Assembly (NCBI GenBank): GCA_046047235.1
Contig: JBJOII010000003.1
Location: 8,970-72,969 of the forward strand
Origin: Verrucomicrobiota bacterium
GTDB taxonomy: Bacteria; Verrucomicrobiota; Verrucomicrobiia; Limisphaerales; JAHDYP01
DNA length: 64,000 nt
Reading direction: 5' to 3'
Shown here: positions 42,897 through 51,843 of the stretch, in pieces
How positions within the stretch are numbered: position 1 is the first letter of the stretch
Layout: every line of letters starts with the position of its first letter
Position numbers and translations under genes: made by a program
The notes under the pieces: model-generated
The model's database searches: none
Seen by the model: only the letters and a program-made list of their open reading frames with translations
Told to the model about the DNA's origin: nothing

Positions 42897-45005
42897 ATGC
42901 CTCCCTCCCGCTCCAGTCTCGGTCGCCTGCTGAAAAACGGCGACCTGCTGCTCACGCTCGGTATCTTTGGCACAGTCCTGCTGATGATCCTGCCGGTGCC
43001 ACCCATGTTCCTGGACGGCTTCCTCGCCACCAGCATCGCCCTCTCCCTGCTCATCCTGCTCGTCATCCTCTACGTCAAAGACCCGGCCGACTTCACCGGC
43101 TTCCCCACTCTGCTGCTCTTCGTCACGCTGTTCCGACTCTCCCTCAATATCGCCTCCACCCGACTCATCCTGCTGGATGGCTTCGCCGGCAATATCATCG
43201 AGGCCTTCGGCAATTTCGTCGTCCGCGGCAATACCATCGTCGGCATCGTCGTCTTCGCCATCCTCGTCATCATCAATTTCATCGTCATCACCAAGGGTGC
43301 AGGCCGCATCGCAGAAGTCGCAGCCCGCTTCACGCTGGATGCCATGCCCGGCAAACAAATGGCCATCGATGCCGAACTCAACGCCGGTATCATCGATGAA
43401 AAACAGGCGCGGGATCGCCGCCGCAAGGTGGAACAGGAAGCCGACTTCTACGGGGCAATGGACGGCGCCAGCAAGTTCGTCCGCGGCGACGCCGTCGCTG
43501 CCATCCTCATTACTCTCATCAATATCCTCGGCGGTTTCGGCATCGGCATCCTCCAGCGCGGCATGTCCGTGACGGAATCCCTGCAGCGCTTCACCCTGCT
43601 CTCCATCGGTGACGGCCTGGTCTCACAAATCCCCGCCCTGATCACCTCGGTGGCCGCGGGTATCCTGGTCACCCGCGCAGCCGCCAAGGATGACCTCGGC
43701 AAGGAACTCGGCAAACAGCTGCTGCTCTACCCACGCGCCATGGTGATCCTCACGATCATGATGCTCGTCTTCGCTTTCGTGCCCGGTCTCCCCAGCATGC
43801 CGTTCCTCGTGCTCGCCGGCCTCAGCTTCTTCGTCGCCCGCTCCCTCCGCCTGCACCGCGATGCAGCCCCCGAAGAAGAACCATCCTCCACCACCCAAGC
43901 CGGCAAATCAGTCAGCGCCAAAGCCGCCGCCGCCGAAGCCAAGGAAAAGAACGGCCAGTCGGAAAAACTCGAAAACCTCCTCGGCCTCGATGCCATGCAG
44001 ATCGAACTCGGCTACGGCCTGCTCGGCCTCGCCGATACCCGCAAAGGCGGGGACCTGCTCGAACGCATCACCGGTGTCCGCCGCACTTTCGCCCAGGAAA
44101 TGGGAGTCATCGTCCCCCCCATCCGACTGCGCGATAACCTCCAGCTCGGCACCACCCACTACCGCTTCATCATCAAGGGCAACGCCGTGGCCGAAGGCGA
44201 ACTCATGCCCAACCACTGGCTGGCCATGAACGCCACCAACAGCCGCGTCACTCTCAAGGGCACCCCCACCACGGAACCCGTCTTCCAGCTCCCCGCCACC
44301 TGGATCACGGAAACAGAACGCAAAAATGCCGAAATCCACGGCTACACAGTCGTCGATGCCGCTTCGGTCATGGTCACGCACCTCTCAGAAACGGTCCGAC
44401 GTCACTGCCACGAAATCCTCAGCCGCCAGGACGTCCAGGTGCTCCTCGATAATCTCAAGGAAACCCACTCCACCGTGGTCACTGAACTCATCCCCGGCCA
44501 ACTCACGGTCGGCCACGTCCAACGCATCCTCCAAAACCTCCTCGCCGAAGGTATCTCCATCCGCAACCTCGCCGGTATCCTCGAAAAAGTCGGCGACCAC
44601 GCCTCCATCACCAAAAACCCCGACGAACTCTCCGAACACGCCCGCAAAGCCCTCGGCGCACAATTGGTCAAACCCTTCCAAGGTGATGACGGTATCGTAA
44701 AAGCCATCACGCTCGAACCCACCCTCGAACAACAGCTCGCCCAAGGCATCCGCCAAACGCAATCCGAACTCTCCCTGGTCATGGAACCCGGCCTCGCCCG
44801 TCACCTCATGGAAAACCTCTCCAAACGCGTGCAGGAACTCCTCTCCGGCGGCCACCCACCCCTCGTGCTCTGCGCCCCGCAACTCCGCCTCGCGTTCCGC
44901 CGCTTCTTCGAATCCACCTTCGCCGACCTCAATGTGCTGGCCTACAACGAAATCCCCGCACGCGTGCAGATCCAGTCCAGCGCCACTATCCCCGCAACCC
45001 GATAA
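42897..45005 (+). CDS. flhA: Flagellar export gate protein FlhA
   Basis: 702 aa with an N-terminal polytopic domain and a large cytoplasmic domain, in the syntenic position. Confidence 0.95.
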   Translation: MPPSRSSLGRLLKNGDLLLTLGIFGTVLLMILPVPPMFLDGFLATSIALSLLILLVILYVKDPADFTGFPTLLLFVTLFRLSLNIASTRLILLDGFAGNIIEAFGNFVVRGNTIVGIVVFAILVIINFIVITKGAGRIAEVAARFTLDAMPGKQMAIDAELNAGIIDEKQARDRRRKVEQEADFYGAMDGASKFVRGDAVAAILITLINILGGFGIGILQRGMSVTESLQRFTLLSIGDGLVSQIPALITSVAAGILVTRAAAKDDLGKELGKQLLLYPRAMVILTIMMLVFAFVPGLPSMPFLVLAGLSFFVARSLRLHRDAAPEEEPSSTTQAGKSVSAKAAAAEAKEKNGQSEKLENLLGLDAMQIELGYGLLGLADTRKGGDLLERITGVRRTFAQEMGVIVPPIRLRDNLQLGTTHYRFIIKGNAVAEGELMPNHWLAMNATNSRVTLKGTPTTEPVFQLPATWITETERKNAEIHGYTVVDAASVMVTHLSETVRRHCHEILSRQDVQVLLDNLKETHSTVVTELIPGQLTVGHVQRILQNLLAEGISIRNLAGILEKVGDHASITKNPDELSEHARKALGAQLVKPFQGDDGIVKAITLEPTLEQQLAQGIRQTQSELSLVMEPGLARHLMENLSKRVQELLSGGHPPLVLCAPQLRLAFRRFFESTFADLNVLAYNEIPARVQIQSSATIPATR

Positions 45006-45017
45006 TCCACCCACACC

Positions 45018-46097
45018 ATGCAACTCATCCCCTTCATCGCCTCCTCCGCCGCCGAAGCCGTCACCCAAATCCGCGGAACGCTGGGCCCCGACGCCGTCGT
45101 CGTCCACGTGCGCCCCCTCCAGCCGGAAGGTATCTCCCGCCTCTGGCGCAAAGCCCGCTTCGAAGTCCTCGCGTATCGACCCGAAACCACCGGCACCCAG
45201 CTGGACCTGCGGTCCGATAGCCCCGCCCAGCCTGATAAATCCGCCGCCCGCCAACTCCTAACCCACAACGATAAACCTGAACCCGCTTCGCTCGAAAGCC
45301 TCGGAATCGGCTGCGAAGCCGGACCCGATAACCAGGAATCCGGCTGGCAACTCAGCCGTATCCTCGAAAGCTCCGGCTTCCTCGCCGTCAATGCCCAACG
45401 CGTCGCCGACCAAGTCCAGCGCGGACAAAAAGACAAACCCGCCCCAGGCATCCCGGAACAACTCGACCTCGCCAAAACCAAACTCTCCGAAATGTGGCGC
45501 CGCCCCATGGCCCCACTCGAAGATACGGTCCGCCCCCACGTGCTCATCGGCCCCCCAGGCGCCGGTAAAACAACCTGCCTCTGTAAATGGCTCACCCAAA
45601 CGGTCCTGGTCCAAGGCAAAGCCGCCCGCGTCTGGCGACTCGACGGCAATACCGCCAATACCGCCGAAAACCTCGAAATCTACTGCCAAGCCCTCGGCGT
45701 CCCCGTCGAACGCTCCTGGCGCATCCTCGATAACCCCCAGGATGAAGTTCACTTTATCGATATCCCAGGCGTCGATTGGCGCAATGCCCAAGCAGTCCAG
45801 GAACTCTCCCGCCAAGTCCGTAGCTACCTCTCCCCCCAAGTCCATGTCGTCCTCAACGGAGCCTACGATACCCAACTCCTCCTCTCCCAAGTGCGCGCCT
45901 TCGGTACGCTCCCAGTCGAAGACCTCATCCTCACCCACCTCGACGAGGAAACCCGCTGGGGCAAATTCTGGAACCTTTCGCTCGGCACAAATTTCCCCGT
46001 CAGATTCCTGAGTGCCGGGCAAAACATACCCGGAGACTTCCTCCCAGCCACCCCCGAACAGCTCTTTAGCCGCCAGTTCAAATCCGCAAGTCGTTGA
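45018..46097 (+). CDS. flhF: Flagellar SRP-type GTPase FlhF
   Basis: G-motifs GPPGAGKTT, DIPG and THLDEE at the C-terminus. Confidence 0.85.
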   Translation: MQLIPFIASSAAEAVTQIRGTLGPDAVVVHVRPLQPEGISRLWRKARFEVLAYRPETTGTQLDLRSDSPAQPDKSAARQLLTHNDKPEPASLESLGIGCEAGPDNQESGWQLSRILESSGFLAVNAQRVADQVQRGQKDKPAPGIPEQLDLAKTKLSEMWRRPMAPLEDTVRPHVLIGPPGAGKTTCLCKWLTQTVLVQGKAARVWRLDGNTANTAENLEIYCQALGVPVERSWRILDNPQDEVHFIDIPGVDWRNAQAVQELSRQVRSYLSPQVHVVLNGAYDTQLLLSQVRAFGTLPVEDLILTHLDEETRWGKFWNLSLGTNFPVRFLSAGQNIPGDFLPATPEQLFSRQFKSASR

Positions 46098-46129
46098 TAA
46101 TCAAGCCGTCAACAAACCAACAACCCAAC

Positions 46130-46145
46130 TGGCAAGCGGTCTGCT
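46130..46145 (+). promoter_or_regulatory. Candidate sigma-54 promoter upstream of the small ORF-fliA-motAB unit (TGGCAA-GCGGT-CTGCT)
   Basis: GG-N10-GC spacing is exact and the -24 element matches 5 of 6. It lies 27 nt upstream of the ATG at 46172. Confidence 0.4.
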
Positions 46146-46171
46146 AATTCCTCCACGAAGACTACGTAACC

Positions 46172-46429
46172 ATGAAACGAATGATGTTAACCGGCGCAAT
46201 CCTCGGCTTCGCTTCCGGCATCGGTCTGGCCTGGCACAATGGCCTCCCCATGCAGGAAGCGTTCTGGCACGCCTGTATCGGTGCCTACGTCGGCGGCATG
46301 CTCCTGCGCTGGTGGGGCAGCATCTGGTTTCGGGAACTTCGCCAGTCGTATCAGGAGCGCCTGGCCGCCATGGCAGCGGCCACCGAGGCAGCTGAAAACT
46401 CAACTGATCAACCCCTCGCAGGTAGGTGA
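46172..46429 (+). CDS. 85-aa two-TM membrane protein of unknown function, located where flhG usually sits
   Basis: ATG start and high GC3 like its neighbours. Two hydrophobic helices plus a charged or coiled tail. Its stop overlaps the fliA start region (46426-46432). Confidence 0.55.
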   Translation: MKRMMLTGAILGFASGIGLAWHNGLPMQEAFWHACIGAYVGGMLLRWWGSIWFRELRQSYQERLAAMAAATEAAENSTDQPLAGR

Positions 46430-47262
46430 TCATGACTACTACGCTTGAACCCCCCACCCAGACCGAACACACAACGGCCACCAACGCCGCCGACCAAACC
46501 CAAATCTGGCGGCGCTACGCCCAAGCCGGCCAAGGCAGCCCGCTCGAAGGCGAACTGGTAGAACGCTACCTCCCCCTCGTCAAAACGGTCGCCGGCCGCA
46601 TCGCCCTCACGCTGCCCAACCATATCGATGTCCAGGACCTCCAAAGCGCCGGACTAATCGGCCTGCTCGATGCCCTCCGCCGCTTCGATCCCAATAGCGG
46701 TGCCATCTTCGAAAGCTACGCCCGCCTCCGGATCCGTGGCGCAATCCTCGATGAACTCCGCCGCCTCGACTGGGTCCCCCGCTCGGTGCGCGACAAAGCC
46801 CGACGCGTCCAGGACGCCATGCAGGAACTGGAACAACGCCACGGTGGCATCCCCACCGAATCCCAAATGGCCAAGTCGCTCGATATGTCGGTCAACGATT
46901 ACCAGTCCCTGCTGGATGAAATCAAACCGGCCACGTTCGTCTGCCTCGACTCCGCACGACGCCAGGATTCGGAAGATGGCAGCACACACTACGAATCCGT
47001 ACAGGATGATCACCAGCCCGACCCCAGCCTCAAGGCCGCACAACACGAGATGGCTCAAATGGTGGTCGACCGCCTTGAGATGCTCCCCGAAGCCCAGCGC
47101 AAGGTACTGGCCCTTTACTACTTCGAAGATATGCGCCTCCGCGAAATCGCCGAGGTCTTCGGCGTCACGGAATCCCGCATCTGCCAAATCCACTCCCAAG
47201 CCATCCTCGCCATCAAAGGCTTCCTAAAACGACAGGACCCCGAAGCAACACATCCTGTCTAA
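46426..47262 (+). CDS. fliA: Flagellar sigma factor FliA (sigma-28)
   Basis: Sigma-70 regions 2 to 4 are recognisable (YLPLVKTVAGRIA; HTH LREIAEVFGVTESRICQIHSQA). The start is GTG 46426 or ATG 46432. Confidence 0.9.
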   Translation: MIMTTTLEPPTQTEHTTATNAADQTQIWRRYAQAGQGSPLEGELVERYLPLVKTVAGRIALTLPNHIDVQDLQSAGLIGLLDALRRFDPNSGAIFESYARLRIRGAILDELRRLDWVPRSVRDKARRVQDAMQELEQRHGGIPTESQMAKSLDMSVNDYQSLLDEIKPATFVCLDSARRQDSEDGSTHYESVQDDHQPDPSLKAAQHEMAQMVVDRLEMLPEAQRKVLALYYFEDMRLREIAEVFGVTESRICQIHSQAILAIKGFLKRQDPEATHPV

Positions 47263-47277
47263 AACCAACACCACTCC

Positions 47278-48144
47278 ATGATTGTCATTATCGGTTCCAT
47301 CATCGTTCTGGGTTCGGTCCTCGGTGGTTTCATGATGGCCGGCGGAAACGTCAGCGCCCTCATGCACCTCTCCGAATTCATCATCATCGGTGGTGCCGCC
47401 CTGGGCGCACTCGTCATCATGTCGCCCGCCAAGGTCATCAAGGACCTCATCCACAGTATCCTCGCCTCGCTCAAAGGCGCCCCCTATAACCGCAAATCCT
47501 ACGAAGACCTCTTCCGCGTCCTCTACGAACTCTTCATGCTCGGACGCCGCAACGGGATGATCGCCCTCGAGGAACATGTGATGAACCCCGAGACAAGCAG
47601 CATCTTCACTAAATACCCCTCCTTCGCGAACAATAAGCCCGCCGTCGAATTCCTCTGCAACGGCCTGCGCCCCGTCATCGATGGCAAAATCAAACCCGAC
47701 CAGCTCAAGATGGTGCTGGAAATGGAAATGGACTGCATGGAAGAAGAACATCAACACCCCGTCGATGTGCTCTCCAAGGCCGCCGATGCCATGCCCGGTT
47801 TCGGAATCGTCGCCGCTGTCATGGGTATCGTCATCACCATGGGCTACATCTCCGGCGAAATTGAAGAGATCGGCCATAAGGTCGCCGCCGCCCTCGTCGG
47901 AACTTTCCTCGGGATCTTCATCTCCTACGGCTTCATGAACCCGCTGGCCGTAAACATCAATTTCAACAACGCCTCGAACATGACCTACATGCGCTGCATC
48001 GCCAGCGCCATCACCGGCTTCGTCAGCGGCATGGCCCCCATGATGGCCGTTGAACTGGCCCGACGCTCTCTGGGATCCGATGTCCGCCCCACCGCCGACG
48101 GACTGGAAACCATGCTCAAGGAAGCCACCGCCGGAGCCAAATAA
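47278..48144 (+). CDS. motA: Flagellar stator protein MotA
   Basis: 288 aa with four TM helices in a MotA/TolQ/ExbB-type layout, followed by motB. Confidence 0.9.
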   Translation: MIVIIGSIIVLGSVLGGFMMAGGNVSALMHLSEFIIIGGAALGALVIMSPAKVIKDLIHSILASLKGAPYNRKSYEDLFRVLYELFMLGRRNGMIALEEHVMNPETSSIFTKYPSFANNKPAVEFLCNGLRPVIDGKIKPDQLKMVLEMEMDCMEEEHQHPVDVLSKAADAMPGFGIVAAVMGIVITMGYISGEIEEIGHKVAAALVGTFLGIFISYGFMNPLAVNINFNNASNMTYMRCIASAITGFVSGMAPMMAVELARRSLGSDVRPTADGLETMLKEATAGAK

Positions 48145-48157
48145 ACCAGCACACGCT

Positions 48158-48925
48158 ATGTCCAAGAAGAAACATGGTCACCACGGAGGAGCCTGGAAGG
48201 TCGCCTACGCCGATTTCGTCACCGCCATGATGGCCCTCTTCCTCGTGCTCTGGCTCACCGCCCAGGACGAGAAAATCAAGGAAGCCGTGGAACGCGCCTT
48301 CCGCCACCCCTTCAACGGTCTCAGCGACTCCTCCGGCCTCGTACCCAACAAAAACGCCAAACCCTCCAGCCAGGAATCCCCCGGCAAGTTTCAGGACAAA
48401 TCCATCGTCGAACTCACCGAAATGCTCAAACGCGTCCAGGAAATGCTCCAGGAAAGCGATGAACAAAACGGCCGCCCCTTCGATATCGAGGAAACCGAGG
48501 ACGGAGGCATCAAACTCAGCCTCTTCGACCGCTCACGCCGACCCATCTTCGAACCCCAATCCTGCGACCTGACTGAATATGGCGACTGGGTGATGTCAAC
48601 GCTCGCCTGGACCATCGCCGAAAGGGAGGGGAAGAAAAAGGAAGGCATCGATATCGCCATCGCGGGCCATACGGAAACCGGCGGCGAACCCCAACGCGAA
48701 AACTACACCAGCTGGGAACTCTCGGCCGATCGCGCCAATGTAGCCCGCCGGCGACTGCTCTACTTCGGTGTCAGCCCGAATTCAATCAGCAAGGTGTCGG
48801 GATATTCTGATACAGTGCCCATGCCCAATAGCGACCCCGCCGATGAATCCAACCGCAGGGTCACGGTGCTCATCCATCTCATCGATACCAAGGTCTACTC
48901 GGCCTCCGCCGGCATCTCCGGCTAA
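48158..48925 (+). CDS. motB: Flagellar stator protein MotB
   Basis: ATG at 48158. N-terminus HGGAWKVAYADFVTAMMALFLVLW (TM with conserved Asp) and a C-terminal OmpA-like domain (NRRVTVLI). Confidence 0.9.
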   Translation: MSKKKHGHHGGAWKVAYADFVTAMMALFLVLWLTAQDEKIKEAVERAFRHPFNGLSDSSGLVPNKNAKPSSQESPGKFQDKSIVELTEMLKRVQEMLQESDEQNGRPFDIEETEDGGIKLSLFDRSRRPIFEPQSCDLTEYGDWVMSTLAWTIAEREGKKKEGIDIAIAGHTETGGEPQRENYTSWELSADRANVARRRLLYFGVSPNSISKVSGYSDTVPMPNSDPADESNRRVTVLIHLIDTKVYSASAGISG

Positions 48926-48942
48926 GCCAACCCCACCCCGCC

Positions 48943-49335
48943 ATGCCCGAATCCCCCACCCCTCCCAACCCCCATAACCGGGCCGCCGCCATCGCCGCTG
49001 CCATGACGCAGCGCCCCGGCACCAACCCGCCCGGCGATGCCCAAGGCCAAAACGGCGTCTTTACCCCGCTCCCCTCAGGTGCCCCCGTCCGCAATGGCAC
49101 CACGTTCCGCCTCAAAGTCCTCTCCGGAGACCAGCCCCAAGCTTTCAAGAGCCTGCAAAACCCCGCCAACAAACCCAAGGCAGACTCCCCAACAGAGGAT
49201 GCCGCCGAGCATAAACACGACCCCAAGGTCTCGCTCCAACGCACCGGCCAACACGTCACCGGCGCCCGTATCGAATGCTCCTGCGGACAAGTCATCGATC
49301 TCTCGTTCACTCTCGAAGCTCCTTCCCCCAGTTAA
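48943..49335 (+). CDS. 130-aa Pro-rich protein of unknown function downstream of motB
   Basis: Codon bias matches its neighbours and it starts 17 nt after the motB stop. The C-terminus KVSLQRTGQHVTGARIECSCGQVIDLSF belongs to no family I recognise. Confidence 0.5.
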   Translation: MPESPTPPNPHNRAAAIAAAMTQRPGTNPPGDAQGQNGVFTPLPSGAPVRNGTTFRLKVLSGDQPQAFKSLQNPANKPKADSPTEDAAEHKHDPKVSLQRTGQHVTGARIECSCGQVIDLSFTLEAPSPS

Positions 49336-49394
49336 ACCAGTTCACGCCCAGCCTCCCGTAATCAGGACGCACTCTAGCAGTCCCGAATACGGGA

Positions 49395-51485
49395 ATGGAC
49401 GTCAACCCGCCCCATGCTATGTTTTTAGCCATGTTGTATCGCTCGACCCCGGCCCGCACACTGCCTGCACTTGCCGTACTCATCACAGGCATCTCCCTCC
49501 AGGCCCAACCGCTCCCCACCCCATCCCCCATCCCCCTCGCCCCTCCACCATCCTTCCCCACCATCACCCGAACCCCGCTGCCCGACTCCCCCGCCCTGCG
49601 TCCGCAAGGCCCGACCCTCTACTCAATCGGTGACCCCACCGGTGAAGAACAACTCTACCTCGAATACATCAACCGCGCCCGCGCCAATCCACCCGCCGAA
49701 GGCGTGCTGCTCGCCAATACCACCGATCCCGAAGTCACCTCCGCCTACGATTTCTTCGGCGTCAATCTCGTCACCATGATGAACGAGTTCGCCGCCATCA
49801 GTCCCGCACCCCCTCTCTCCTTCAATGCCCAACTGATCGAAGCCGCCCGCCTGCACAGCGGTGACATGTTCACCAACGTCTTCCAGGGACACTACACCTG
49901 GAACCCCGCCACCGGTGCCATGGACTCCTCCAAAAGCCCCGGCTACCGCATGGACCTCGTCGGCTATAACTGGAACTCCTACGGCGAAAATGTGTTCAGC
50001 TACGCCAAATCCGCCTGGCACGGCCACGCCGGTTTCGAAGTCGACTGGGGCTTCGGCCCCGCCGGCATGCAAGGACCCCCGCGCGGACACCGCGAAAGCA
50101 TCCATAACCCCAATTTCAGGGAAGTCGGAATCGGCATCGTCTCCGGTAGCAACGAGGTCAACTCCAACCCGCCCCGTGACCCGGTCGGCCCCAGCCTCGT
50201 CACCCAGGACTTCGGCACCCGCGCCAACCTGAACCCATTCATCACCGGCGTCGCCTACTACGACCTCGACGAAGACGGCGCCTACGACGCCAATGAAGGC
50301 ATCGGCGGAGCCACCATCGAAGTCGCCGGTTCCCAATACCACGCCATCACCGCCAACTCCGGCGGTTACTCCGTCCCCGTCCCGCCAAACCAGTCCCACT
50401 CCGTCACGTTCAGCGGTACAGGCTTCACCACCGACAACCGCACAGTCCCCGTCAACACCAGCAACGTGAAGGTGGATTACGCCCTGCCCTATCCCGAACC
50501 CACGCTGTCCGGCCCCGCCCAACTCGGTGTAGGCGCCACCGGCACCTACACGTTCAACGCCGTGGGAGGCGCCACCAACTACCGCTGGTCCAAGGCCCTG
50601 CTCGCTCCCTATGACGCCGTCGAAGGCGCCGAAAACGGCTCCGCCCACCTCGGCGTGGCCATCTCCCCCGGCTACCCTCTGATCACTTCCACGGTCAAAG
50701 CCTCCGGAACTTCATCGTTCCACCTCGCAACCCCCGAAGCCGAACCCCAAGCCTTGGTACTCAACACCACAATCCAACCACAAACCGGTGCCGAACTGGT
50801 CTTCGCCAGCCGCCTCGGCTGGGCAACAACCGGCCAGATCGCCCACGCTCAAGTCTGGGACGACGCCCAACAAGCCTGGGTCGATGTCTGGACCCGCACC
50901 GGCACCGACACAGCCGGCCAAACCTCGTTCCAAACCATCACCGCCTCCCTCGCTGACTTCGTCGGCGAAGTCATCTACATACGCTTCTATTATTCAGTCT
51001 CAGGGGGCTACTACCCCCAAACCGATAACGGCGTCGGCTGGTACATCGACGACATCCGCTTCAACAATTGCTCCAGCCTCGAATCCTCCGTCACTAAGGA
51101 AATTGCCTCACCTTCCATCAGCTTCACCGGCGATGCCGAAGGCACCTACCTGCTCCAGGCCCAGCCACAAATCTCCGGTCGCTGGTTCCCCATGGGCCCC
51201 GTCACTCTCGTCACCGTCAGCACCGCAGTCATCCCACCTTCCGTGTCCATCGGCACCATCCAGCTCACCAACCCCAACACCGCCCGCATCGAGTGCCTCG
51301 TCGAAAATGGCCCGCCCTCCAGTATCCAACTCCAATACTCCAACGACAACGGCACCACCTGGACCACAGACCCCTCCCTCCAGGCCCAGGAAATCACCCC
51401 CGGCTCCCACTACGCCTTCGAACTCACCCCGCCCATCGGCACACCGACCTCCGGCGCCCAACTCTACCGCATCCGCATCGAGTAG
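49395..51485 (+). CDS. Secreted CAP/SCP (PR-1-like) domain protein with C-terminal beta-sandwich-type repeats
   Basis: Signal-like N-terminus. CAP-type region (YLEYINRARANP ... AARLHSGDM ... GENVFSY), then a carboxypeptidase-regulatory-like segment (GATIEVAGSQYHAITANSGGYSVPVP) and further Ig-like sequence. Confidence 0.72.
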   Translation: MDVNPPHAMFLAMLYRSTPARTLPALAVLITGISLQAQPLPTPSPIPLAPPPSFPTITRTPLPDSPALRPQGPTLYSIGDPTGEEQLYLEYINRARANPPAEGVLLANTTDPEVTSAYDFFGVNLVTMMNEFAAISPAPPLSFNAQLIEAARLHSGDMFTNVFQGHYTWNPATGAMDSSKSPGYRMDLVGYNWNSYGENVFSYAKSAWHGHAGFEVDWGFGPAGMQGPPRGHRESIHNPNFREVGIGIVSGSNEVNSNPPRDPVGPSLVTQDFGTRANLNPFITGVAYYDLDEDGAYDANEGIGGATIEVAGSQYHAITANSGGYSVPVPPNQSHSVTFSGTGFTTDNRTVPVNTSNVKVDYALPYPEPTLSGPAQLGVGATGTYTFNAVGGATNYRWSKALLAPYDAVEGAENGSAHLGVAISPGYPLITSTVKASGTSSFHLATPEAEPQALVLNTTIQPQTGAELVFASRLGWATTGQIAHAQVWDDAQQAWVDVWTRTGTDTAGQTSFQTITASLADFVGEVIYIRFYYSVSGGYYPQTDNGVGWYIDDIRFNNCSSLESSVTKEIASPSISFTGDAEGTYLLQAQPQISGRWFPMGPVTLVTVSTAVIPPSVSIGTIQLTNPNTARIECLVENGPPSSIQLQYSNDNGTTWTTDPSLQAQEITPGSHYAFELTPPIGTPTSGAQLYRIRIE

Positions 51486-51568
51486 TCCCCGCTACCCGCT
51501 TCGCCCAGTAGCCAGAAGAGCGGAGAGAGCATAGCGGACACGCCGTCGCTCCGCCCTTTGCGCTTGCC

Positions 51569-51705
51569 GCTGCTGCCCCATCGAAATCGCGATCGGGATC
51601 GCTATCGGGATCGAATGCTGAAGTTCCCAGTCGCAGGAAGCAGGATACCGGATATCGAAGATCGGACATCGCCCCGAGCGACCGAAGACCCGGGGCGCGC
51701 TTACC
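51569..51705 (+). repeat. 137-bp dispersed repeat, copy B
   Basis: Gap-free alignment to 24746-24882 with 5 mismatches by hand count, in the same orientation. Confidence 0.9.
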
Positions 51706-51843
51706 CCTTACCGCTTACCCCTTACCGCTTACCCCTTACCGCTTACCCCTTACCGCTTGCCCTCCGCCCTCAGCCCTCAGCGCTCTGCGCTCTGCGCTTT
51801 CCGCTTTCCGCTTGCCGCTTACCGCTCTGCGCTCTGCGCTCAG
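51701..51843 (+). repeat. Phased heptamer tract of 20 units drifting through related 7-mers
   Basis: (TTACCCC TTACCGC)x4, TTGCCCT, CCGCCCT, CAGCCCT, CAGCGCT, CTGCGCT x2, TTCCGCT x2, TGCCGCT, TACCGCT, CTGCGCT x2. The tract ends on the phnY stop codon (51840-51842). Confidence 0.9.
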
